A DNA stretch of 48,052 nucleotides, from contig CAMKSB010000001.1 in assembly GCA_946415335.1 (NCBI GenBank), forward strand, positions 1-48,052, in the 5' to 3' direction. How positions within the stretch are numbered: the first letter of the stretch is position 1; every line of letters starts with the position of its first letter. Made by a program: the position numbers and the translations under genes. Below are positions 29,173 to 37,077 of this stretch, in pieces. This DNA is from an uncultured Clostridia bacterium (GTDB taxonomy: Bacteria > Bacillota > Clostridia > Oscillospirales > Acutalibacteraceae). The notes beneath the pieces were generated by a model that ran no database searches, was not told where the DNA came from, and worked only from the letters and a program-made list of their open reading frames with translations.

Positions 29173-31422
29173 CTATAGTTTTTCCATTTTACAGAAGTTT
29201 GCCATGAGTTTTTTTGTACCTGCCTTATCAAAGGCGATTTCGAGCAAGGTGTCGTTGCCCATCTTTTCGGCGGAGAGAATCATTCCCTTGCCGAATAGCT
29301 TATGTAACACGGTATCGCCGACATGGTAGACGACGCCGGATTTTGCCGCCGGCGGTTTATATCCGAAACCGGTCGGCTTTGCGCCGGTACCGGGTTTAGC
29401 ACCGATACCCACTCTCTCGCCGCCAAAACCGTAGGAACCGGCATAAGAACTGCGGCTTCCCTGCTGCATACGGCTCTCGCCGGTGCGCTCGATCAGGTTT
29501 TCCGGGATTTCCCCGATGAACCGGGATTCACGGCTGTAGGTCGTTGAACCGAACAGCATACGCGTTCTGGTCTTGGTCAGATAGAGCTTTTGCTTGGCGC
29601 GCGTGATGCCGACGTAGGCAAGCCGGCGCTCCTCGTCGATCTCATCGGGACTGTCCATGGAGATTCTGGACGGAAACAATCCGTCCTCCATGCCGGTGAT
29701 GAACACCACCGGAAATTCCAAACCTTTTGCGCTGTGCAAGGTCATCATCACGCAGGTATCGGCGTCCGCGTCGTAATTGTCGATGTCGGTCATCAGGGAG
29801 ATTTCTTCGAGGAAGGAGGATAAATCGGCTTCATCGCCGTAGTCCTCCTCAAATTTGATGATGTTGGAGGATAATTCCTCGATATTCTCAATACGAACGT
29901 CGGCGTTTTCTTTTTCCGTGCGGAGATAGTTTTCATAGTTGGTGTGGTCGAGGATCATCTGGTATAATTCTGCAAGAGAATAATCGCCGCTCGCTTCCGC
30001 TTCCATCAGACCGTCGATCAGCCTGACAAATTCGCGCAGCTTGGAGGCTGCCCTGGAAAGCTGCGGATAATCATCCGCGTCCTTGATAACAGTATAGATG
30101 CTCTCGCCGAGTCCGGCGGCGATCTCTGCCGCCTTGCTGACGGTCGCCGCACCGATCGCGCGTTTGGGTACGTTGATGATACGCGTCAGGCGCACGTCGT
30201 CATGCGGATTGTTGATGACCTGTAAATACGCCACCATGTCGCGGATCTCTTCACGGTCATAGAAACGGTGACCGCCGATGATCCTGTGAGGGATGCCGCT
30301 GCGTGACAGCGCCTGCTCAATGGCGTTGGACTGGGCGTTCGTGCGGTAAAGTACCGCGAAATCGGAATACTTTTTACCGTCCGACACACCGTCCATGATG
30401 GTTTTGGCAATAAACAGCGCCTCTTCGCGTTCGCTGTCACAAGTGCGCACCTCGATCTTATCGCCCTTGGGATTCTGCGTCCACAGGGTTTTGCCCTTGC
30501 GCAGATTGTTGTTGGAGATCACGCCGTTTGCCGCGTCCAGAATGGTTTGGGTGCTGCGGTAATTCTGTTCCAGACGAATGACCTTGGCGCCCTTGAAGGT
30601 ATTTTCAAAAGAAAGAATATTCTCGATGGTGGCGCCGCGGAATTTATAGATGCTCTGGTCGTCGTCGCCGACAACGCAGATATTGCCGTGGAGCTTAGCG
30701 AGCATCGCGACAAACTGATACTGCACGCGATTGGTGTCCTGATACTCGTCGACCATGATGTATTTGAACTGGCGCTGATAATAGCTGAGAATCTCCGGCT
30801 CCTGCTCGAACAGCTCCACCGCCTTGCAGAGCAAGTCGTCAAAGTCCATTGCGTCGGAGGTCTGCAGACGGTGCTGGTAGACCTCGTAGATTTTGGATAT
30901 CGCTTCCGCGCGGCTGTCAAACTCCGCGTTTTTTAACAGATCCTGCGGCTTCTGCATTTTATCCTTGGCACGAGAGATCGCCGCCAGTACGTCCTTGGCG
31001 GCAAAAATCTTTTCGTCGTAGCCGAGTTGCTTGAGGATGTCCTTGACGAGACGCTTCTGGTCGTCGGTACCGTAGACGGTGAAATGGCTGGTATAACCGA
31101 TCCTGTCTCCGTAGCGGCGAAGGATACGCGCACAGGTGGAATGAAAGGTCGCCGCCCATATATCACCGCCGCCCTCGGGAACGGTATTGCAGATACGCTC
31201 CTTCAATTCGCCTGCCGCCTTATTGGTAAAGGTGATGGCGAGGATGTTCCACGGCCGGCACAGTCCGGACTGAAGAATATATGAAATGCGGTTGACAAGG
31301 ACGGTCGTCTTGCCGGAGCCTGCTCCCGCCAAAATCAGCACGGGACCTTCTGTCGCGAAAACCGCCTGCTGCTGCATGGGATTCATAAATGAAAACTGCT
31401 GTTTGAGTTCAGATTGCGTCAT
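29173..31422 (-). CDS. pcrA: ATP-dependent DNA helicase PcrA/UvrD
   Basis: AGAGSGKT, VDEYQD, GDDDQSIY, LEQNYRS, HSAKGLEF and EERRLAYVGITRA motifs; C-terminal Tudor-like domain. Confidence 0.96.
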   Translation of the reverse strand: MTQSELKQQFSFMNPMQQQAVFATEGPVLILAGAGSGKTTVLVNRISYILQSGLCRPWNILAITFTNKAAGELKERICNTVPEGGGDIWAATFHSTCARILRRYGDRIGYTSHFTVYGTDDQKRLVKDILKQLGYDEKIFAAKDVLAAISRAKDKMQKPQDLLKNAEFDSRAEAISKIYEVYQHRLQTSDAMDFDDLLCKAVELFEQEPEILSYYQRQFKYIMVDEYQDTNRVQYQFVAMLAKLHGNICVVGDDDQSIYKFRGATIENILSFENTFKGAKVIRLEQNYRSTQTILDAANGVISNNNLRKGKTLWTQNPKGDKIEVRTCDSEREEALFIAKTIMDGVSDGKKYSDFAVLYRTNAQSNAIEQALSRSGIPHRIIGGHRFYDREEIRDMVAYLQVINNPHDDVRLTRIINVPKRAIGAATVSKAAEIAAGLGESIYTVIKDADDYPQLSRAASKLREFVRLIDGLMEAEASGDYSLAELYQMILDHTNYENYLRTEKENADVRIENIEELSSNIIKFEEDYGDEADLSSFLEEISLMTDIDNYDADADTCVMMTLHSAKGLEFPVVFITGMEDGLFPSRISMDSPDEIDEERRLAYVGITRAKQKLYLTKTRTRMLFGSTTYSRESRFIGEIPENLIERTGESRMQQGSRSSYAGSYGFGGERVGIGAKPGTGAKPTGFGYKPPAAKSGVVYHVGDTVLHKLFGKGMILSAEKMGNDTLLEIAFDKAGTKKLMANFCKMEKL

Positions 31423-31454
31423 AATTCTCCTTTGCAATAAAAACATTTAAAAAG

Positions 31455-31483
31455 GAAAAAATCGGGCGAATGAAATCGCCCGA
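31455..31483 (-). terminator. Intrinsic terminator
   Basis: TCGGGCGA/TCGCCCGA stem followed by TTTTTT on the minus strand. Confidence 0.7.
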
Positions 31484-31491
31484 AATCCATC

Positions 31492-31953
31492 TTATTTAAT
31501 TGCTTCTTTGTAAATCTTCACCATCTCGGGACCGTTCTCCGCGACGATCAGGCTGACGTAGTTGCCGTCCTTGGTAACGGAGCATGCCTTCACCATGTCG
31601 AGCTTATCGGGGGTGTAGGAGCCGTACTGGCTGATGATGGAGTTGTAACGAGCCGCGAGAGCAGTTTCGATCTCGGTAGCAGCGTTGGCGTCGGTCGCTT
31701 CGATCATGATGATCTCGACAGGCGCATTGTTGTTGGAATCGATCTCAGCCGCGAACTGCTTTACGCTTTCGGGCTTGATGGAATAATACTTCTGCAGGTC
31801 GTCCTTGCTCTCGAGCTTTTTGAGCTGGAGGCTGTAGCTCGAATTGATTTTGTCGAGCGTGCCATTGAGGTCAGCAGACTTGGAACCGCCGCAGCCGGCA
31901 AATACGGCAACAGCCATCATAGCTGCCAGAACAAGTGCAATTAACTTTTTCAT
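31492..31953 (-). CDS. DUF4358-like lipoprotein
   Basis: MKK signal with FAGC lipobox; 'EI..IEA.D...YGSY.P...V.KDGNYV.LIV' pattern. Confidence 0.7.
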   Translation of the reverse strand: MKKLIALVLAAMMAVAVFAGCGGSKSADLNGTLDKINSSYSLQLKKLESKDDLQKYYSIKPESVKQFAAEIDSNNNAPVEIIMIEATDANAATEIETALAARYNSIISQYGSYTPDKLDMVKACSVTKDGNYVSLIVAENGPEMVKIYKEAIK

Positions 31954-32043
31954 TTGGAATTCTCTCCTTTTTTTCATTTTATTACACATTAATTATATTA
32001 TATATTTTTTTGAAGTCAATATTTATGATAATTTTGTAATGAA

Positions 32044-32934
32044 TTATCTCTTTGGAAAAATCAGGCGTACAGCCTGCGGAATATTGGTGATTTTGACAGG
32101 TTCCGAGGTGATTTTGTGCTCGCCGTCAAGCGACCAATCCACCTTTTCTTCACAGGCAAAGGTAACGGATCCGGCGCTGAAAACCTCGATCAGCGGACTG
32201 TCGTATTTGCCGCTGATAACGGCTCGAATCACATCGTTAAATTCAAGCATACGAGAGGGCTTGCGTATCAGCACCACCTCATGTCTGCCGTCGCTGAGAT
32301 CGACTATCCTATCGTCTAGCTTCATCAGTCCGCCGATAGAAGTGGAATTGCTGACAGAGCCATAGATATAGTCTCCCTCTCTCACCTTTCCGGTATCGTC
32401 GGTAACGGTCATGCGATAGGAACGCAGGTTGAACAATTCTTTGGCTCCGGTGATCATATACGCCAGATGACCGAGACGGCGTTTGAGTTTCCGCGGCGTA
32501 GCATAGGAACTCTCGGCAAAGAGCCCAAAGGAGGCGACATAGATGAAATAGCGGTCATCAAATTTACCGACGTCGAGCGCTCTGGGAACTCCGTGCGACA
32601 ACGCCATCAGGGCTTTGAGAATATCGGTGGGCAGTCCCATCGTTTTGGAGAAATCATTGGTCGTTCCGGATGGGATATAGGCGATCGGCGGCTGCCCGGG
32701 AAGATCGACCGCGCCGTTGATGACCTCGCTGAGCGTGCCGTCGCCGCCGCAACAGACGATCATGCCGGAACCGGCGCCGTGGTTTGCAAGATACTGTCTG
32801 GCGTCGTCCTTGCCGGTGGTGGTGTGGATCTCCGGCGTGCCGCCTTTTTTCCTGATCAGGTTCAAAATATCTTCGACGTAATCGCCGATGTTGTTTCTTC
32901 CGGAAGCCGGATTGATGATAACGGATACTTTCAT
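32044..32934 (-). CDS. Diacylglycerol/lipid kinase family (YegS/DagK)
   Basis: IINPASG, CGGDGTLSEV, PSGTTNDF and LDGE motifs. Confidence 0.93.
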   Translation of the reverse strand: MKVSVIINPASGRNNIGDYVEDILNLIRKKGGTPEIHTTTGKDDARQYLANHGAGSGMIVCCGGDGTLSEVINGAVDLPGQPPIAYIPSGTTNDFSKTMGLPTDILKALMALSHGVPRALDVGKFDDRYFIYVASFGLFAESSYATPRKLKRRLGHLAYMITGAKELFNLRSYRMTVTDDTGKVREGDYIYGSVSNSTSIGGLMKLDDRIVDLSDGRHEVVLIRKPSRMLEFNDVIRAVISGKYDSPLIEVFSAGSVTFACEEKVDWSLDGEHKITSEPVKITNIPQAVRLIFPKR

Positions 32935-34415
32935 AACTGCTCACTGCCTATCGGAAATTGTACGGACAGATCGGCGACATACTCCTGAATCAAAGTTGCG
33001 TCCACCACATCAACCTTGCTGTCGCCGTTGACATCCGCCAGCGCTTTCTGCTGAACGTCAAGTTCTTCCATCTCTCCGACTGCCTTTTGGATCAGGGTAG
33101 CGTCCTCGACGGACACCCTACCGTCACGGTTGACGTCACCCAACAGGTATTTCGTTCCGTCAACCAAGCGGAAAACATCCAGCGAAGGAAGCGCTCTTCC
33201 GGTCGCGTCAAAGAACGCCTGATTATCGACCGCGCTGCCGCCGAAGTACTTTCCGGCGTCGTCGGGATCGTATTCCTTGGCATAGCTGCTCGCCCAGCCT
33301 GCGCCGTTTTGCTCCCAAAGCTGCCGGTTGTGCTGAATTTGCGATTCCAACTCACTACCGCTCAGTCCGGTAGTATCGCCGACGGTGATCCAAGCGCCTT
33401 CCCAGTAAAATACGCCGAGCCCGTCCGCGTCGTTGACGGCTGACATAACATCGCGCAGTTCTCCGGCTTGTCCCTGCGGGGTAAAATTCCAGCGCATGTT
33501 CTCGCCGGAGCAATTCCAACGAGTGACGGTATTGGAAAAGCCGTCTGTATCATCTAACGTATAAGGATAGGCGGTCTCCGCGACCATGACCTCTTTGTGA
33601 TAGGTTTCGCGCACATAGCGCAGTACGGCAGTGAGGTTGTCGAGCGTTCCGTGCCACTGCGGATAGTACGAGGAAGAAAACACGTCATAAGCCACCTGAT
33701 ATTGGTTCAGGGAATCCGCCAGCCATTTCATGACGGCGGTCTTTTCAGGATTGGTAAAGTGAAGCGCCACGAGCGTTTCACGATCAAAATCACGCACCGC
33801 CTTGGCGCCGGCGTTGAACAGCTGCGCCATTGCGGAGAAGTCGCTCTCTCCTGCGATGCCGGCGGTGGTCTCGTTGCCGATCTGCACCATGCCGATCTCG
33901 GCACCGGCGGATTTTATTTCTTCCAAAGAATTATAAGTAAATTCATACAGCGCGGTTGATTTCTCGGTCAGCGACATGTTCTCCCACGCTTTCGGCGCTT
34001 TTTGTTTTGCCGGGTCAGCCCAGAAGTCGGAGTAATGGAAGTCCACCAACAGCTTCATGCCATACTGTGCCGCGCGTTTGCCGATTTTTGCGGCAGCTGC
34101 TGCGTCGTTATTGCCGCCGCCATAGCTGTTGCCGGCGTTGTCATAGGGATGGTTCCAGACACGGACGCGGATATAATTCACGCCGCTGTCGGCAAGGATT
34201 TGAAACAGATCGGCTTCTTCGCCGTCTGAACGATAAAACTTCACGCCGGATTTTTCAAGAGACAACACGGAAGATACGTCCATGCCTTTGATAAAGTGAT
34301 CATGGCGGAATCGGATGGGCTCGACGGTTACCGCTTCCTGTGCCGAAACGGATAAAGCTGTCGTCAGCAGTATCGCCGCTATCAGTCCGGAGATGATTCT
34401 TTTGATGGTTTTCAT
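32931..34415 (-). CDS. GH53 endo-beta-1,4-galactanase with C-terminal dockerin
   Basis: Signal peptide; KGMDVSS, DFHYSDFWADP, QIGNE, VAETAY and FYWE motifs; duplicated GDVNRDG..DATLIQ / ADVNGDS..DATLIQ dockerin. Confidence 0.93.
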   Translation of the reverse strand: MKTIKRIISGLIAAILLTTALSVSAQEAVTVEPIRFRHDHFIKGMDVSSVLSLEKSGVKFYRSDGEEADLFQILADSGVNYIRVRVWNHPYDNAGNSYGGGNNDAAAAAKIGKRAAQYGMKLLVDFHYSDFWADPAKQKAPKAWENMSLTEKSTALYEFTYNSLEEIKSAGAEIGMVQIGNETTAGIAGESDFSAMAQLFNAGAKAVRDFDRETLVALHFTNPEKTAVMKWLADSLNQYQVAYDVFSSSYYPQWHGTLDNLTAVLRYVRETYHKEVMVAETAYPYTLDDTDGFSNTVTRWNCSGENMRWNFTPQGQAGELRDVMSAVNDADGLGVFYWEGAWITVGDTTGLSGSELESQIQHNRQLWEQNGAGWASSYAKEYDPDDAGKYFGGSAVDNQAFFDATGRALPSLDVFRLVDGTKYLLGDVNRDGRVSVEDATLIQKAVGEMEELDVQQKALADVNGDSKVDVVDATLIQEYVADLSVQFPIGSEQL

Positions 34416-34441
34416 AATGCCGCTCCTCGCTGTTTTTCTTC

Positions 34442-34470
34442 ATTATAGTCCGCGGATGAGAAAAAATCAA
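34442..34470 (-). promoter_or_regulatory. sigmaA-type promoter of GH53-dagK
   Basis: TTGATT-N17-TATAAT. Confidence 0.6.
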
Positions 34471-34481
34471 CGGATAAATAG

Positions 34482-34521
34482 AAAAATCCGCACAAACGCT
34501 TTTCGGCATTCGTGCGGATTT
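34482..34521 (-). terminator. tRNA terminator
   Basis: AAATCCGCAC...GTGCGGATTT stem followed by a T run. Confidence 0.75.
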
Positions 34522-34523
34522 GG

Positions 34524-34616
34524 TGGCGGAGAGAAGGGGATTCGAACCCCTGGTACGGTGATTACCGTACACATGATTTCCAATCATGCTCCTTCGGCCA
34601 GCTCGGACATCTCTCC
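34524..34616 (-). tRNA. tRNA-Ser (anticodon GGA)
   Basis: GGAGAGA acceptor stem, CATGA-TTGGAAA-TCATG anticodon arm, long variable arm, GGTTCGAATCC, and encoded G-CCA. Confidence 0.97.
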
Positions 34617-34630
34617 AGACAACGATAGTT

Positions 34631-34659
34631 ATTATACCAAACTATTCCGAAAAAATCAA
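34631..34659 (-). promoter_or_regulatory. sigmaA-type promoter of tRNA-Ser
   Basis: TTGATT-N17-TATAAT with TGn extension. Confidence 0.7.
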
Positions 34660-35576
34660 GGGGTATTTTGAATTTTTTTATATTTTATTCCCTGCTCCAC
34701 GTCTCTTTCGAAGAATGCTCGGCGGATCGTGTTGAGGACGCGCTTTTTGTCGCCGCTCCATAAGGGCGCTGTCAAGAGCTTTTTGTCACCGTCTCCTGTC
34801 AGGCGGTGGATCACGACGTTTCGCGGCAGGACTTCTACCGCTTCGCACAAACAATCCGCGTATGCTTCCAAGGACATGACAGGCACTTTTCCGGCTTCAT
34901 AGTCCGCCAGCAGATCGGTGCCCTTTAGGACGTGCAGCAGCTGCAGCTTCACGCCGTCGCTGCGTTCTCCGGCGTAAGCTACCGTCTGCAGCATCATCTC
35001 TCTCGTCTCTCCCGGCAGTCCGAGGATAACGTGGGTGATAACCTGAACGCCGACGGCTTTCAGCTCCCGGACGGCTTCATCATAGACGGACAACGGATAG
35101 CCCCGGCGGATGTAAGCCGCTGTATCCTCGTGGATCGTCTGCAAGCCGAGCTCGATCCAGACAGGCTTGACGGCGTTCAACTCTGACAGCAGATCAAGCA
35201 CTTCCGCGCCTAAACAGTCCGGCCGGGTGGCAATCGACAAAGCGACGATCTCCTCTCCGGCGATCGCCTCCGTAAAGATTTCGCGCAAATACTCTACCGG
35301 CGCGTAGGTGTTGGTAAAAGGCTGGAAGTAGGCGATGAATTTGCGGCAGTCGGTTTTCGCCTGAATGCGCCGCTTTGCCTGCGCGATCTGCTCCGTCACA
35401 CTGAGGCTTCTGTCCGCGGCAAATTCGCCGGAACCGCCGCCGCTGCAAAAAATGCATCCGCGATCGCCGCAGGTGCCGTCACGGTTCGGACAGGTCATGC
35501 CGCCGTCCAGCGAGATTTTGTAGACCTTTTCGCCGAAGGTCTGCTTTAAATATTCGTTTAAGGAATAATAATACAT
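34656..35576 (-). CDS. TIGR01212-type (YhcC/YtqA) radical SAM protein
   Basis: TCPNRDG.....GCIFC, YFQPFTNTYA, IATRPDC, ELGLQT and HRLTGDG motifs. Confidence 0.93.
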   Translation of the reverse strand: MYYYSLNEYLKQTFGEKVYKISLDGGMTCPNRDGTCGDRGCIFCSGGGSGEFAADRSLSVTEQIAQAKRRIQAKTDCRKFIAYFQPFTNTYAPVEYLREIFTEAIAGEEIVALSIATRPDCLGAEVLDLLSELNAVKPVWIELGLQTIHEDTAAYIRRGYPLSVYDEAVRELKAVGVQVITHVILGLPGETREMMLQTVAYAGERSDGVKLQLLHVLKGTDLLADYEAGKVPVMSLEAYADCLCEAVEVLPRNVVIHRLTGDGDKKLLTAPLWSGDKKRVLNTIRRAFFERDVEQGIKYKKIQNTP

Positions 35577-35589
35577 TTTTTCACCCAAT

Positions 35590-35660
35590 GCAAAAGCCGG
35601 CCATCACGGTCGGCTTTCACAAGTAAAGGAACATCTATGAAAAAACTCGGAACTGGTTTT
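35590..35660 (-). ncRNA. Candidate ~70-nt small RNA or terminating leader
   Basis: TTGTCA-N16-TATAAT (35667-35694), then a pyrimidine-rich tract and a hairpin at 35593-35617 with UUUU; ends are estimates. Confidence 0.4.
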
Positions 35661-35729
35661 GTTGTGATTATATGATAGCGCCCCATTGTGACAAACAGTT
35701 GAACGCCAATCAAAACCTTTGTGAAAATA

Positions 35730-36413
35730 TCAATAGTTACGCAAATACGCGAGATATTTTTCATCCAGGCTGTTTTCCATGTCCTCGAGTTCCTCGTTCA
35801 AGCCGCCGTTGAAGAATAATTTCATGTGCCGGTTCAGGGAATGATACGCGCCGATGAGGTTTTTTCGCACCTCATGCTGCAGCTCGTCGCTGACCGGACT
35901 GCCGCTGGCAAGTCCCAGATACAGATTGCCGTCGCGCAGCTGTGAACCGACAGAAGCGTTTTTCAGTTCGAAGCTGTTCAGACGGCGCAAGCCTTCGCAA
36001 AATTCTTTTACAGAAAATTCAATAGTTTCCGGATCGTTCGCCTCTTCCCTTTCCTGCTCTATTTCCTGCTCGTATTTTTCCAACGCGAAATCCGGGGAAG
36101 CGATGTATTCATAGCGCGATTCCTTGCGCGTAAAGAGCACATAATAGAGCCGCATGGCAAAGGCGGCGTATTCCAGACAGGCAAAGGCGGCGTATTGCAG
36201 GTTGCTCTCGTTGAGCTGAAAAAAGCTGTAGAGATTCTGATAGATCGCCTTGTTGACCGAGAGCATGACAAGCCGTTCGCTGTCCGGATAGTCGGACAAG
36301 GAGGGGTTCGCCAGATAATTGGTCGTGAACCGGAAGGATTTGTTGAGATAGACGCGCAGTTCCTCCTTGAAATCATTGAGCAACGCGGCGTCTTTGATCG
36401 TAAATTCAAACAT
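35730..36413 (-). CDS. Hypothetical helical, acidic protein
   Basis: 227-aa ORF starting 4 bp after the TIGR03936 stop; no family recognised. Confidence 0.65.
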   Translation of the reverse strand: MFEFTIKDAALLNDFKEELRVYLNKSFRFTTNYLANPSLSDYPDSERLVMLSVNKAIYQNLYSFFQLNESNLQYAAFACLEYAAFAMRLYYVLFTRKESRYEYIASPDFALEKYEQEIEQEREEANDPETIEFSVKEFCEGLRRLNSFELKNASVGSQLRDGNLYLGLASGSPVSDELQHEVRKNLIGAYHSLNRHMKLFFNGGLNEELEDMENSLDEKYLAYLRNY

Positions 36414-36417
36414 AAGC

Positions 36418-37077
36418 TTACCTGAATAATTCCATATCAGAATTATATAAATCGTTTCGTGTGATATCTGCGTCGTATTCCTCACCCGTCTGATGGGATA
36501 GAGCGGTCAATATCAGATTCGGGTTGACGTTATCGCTGCTTCCGGCTGAGAGTACGATGTTCAGTTCCGCCGAATCAAAGCGCTCGGTAATATCAAAGCT
36601 GCGGATGCCGGGACGGATATCGACGGTTTTCATGCCTTTTTTGGAACGCTTTTCCAGTTCGATCTTCTCTCCGGCAAAAAGCTCTTTCAAATCGTTGCAG
36701 ATCCTGCCGGAAGGGATCTTGTCGTTGCTGATCAGCATGGTAAAGGAAGCATAGGCGACCTTGCCGGCTTTCATGATAACCTCCGTCGCGTCAAACGCCT
36801 GTATACCGCGCGGCAGACAGGGATTGAGCATGTCCGGGATTGCTCTCAGATCAAGAGAATCGTCCTCCAGCTTGACGTCCATGCACTCGTTGACGCCGCG
36901 GAAGCCAAGCGACAACGGCAGCGGAAAGGTCGCAAAGGGATGCGGATTGAAGCCCTCCGTGTGCCAGATCGGCAGCTTGCTCTTGTGCAAAGCGCGCAGC
37001 ATGGTGCGGTTAAGGTCGAGATGAGAGATATACCGGCACTCATAGTCCTTCTTAAACCAGATTCTGACGTTTCTCAA
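36418..37077 (-). CDS. TIGR03936-type radical SAM-linked protein (DUF2344)
   Basis: RYISHLDL.R...RAL, TEGFNPHP and PLSLG motifs; TTG start with GAGGGAG RBS overlapping the upstream gene end. Confidence 0.9.
   Translation of the reverse strand: MRNVRIWFKKDYECRYISHLDLNRTMLRALHKSKLPIWHTEGFNPHPFATFPLPLSLGFRGVNECMDVKLEDDSLDLRAIPDMLNPCLPRGIQAFDATEVIMKAGKVAYASFTMLISNDKIPSGRICNDLKELFAGEKIELEKRSKKGMKTVDIRPGIRSFDITERFDSAELNIVLSAGSSDNVNPNLILTALSHQTGEEYDADITRNDLYNSDMELFR

Noticed and set aside
34415-34616. Genomic island integrated at tRNA-Ser
   Set aside because: No integrase and no duplicated tRNA 3' end seen; the tRNA terminator is intact.
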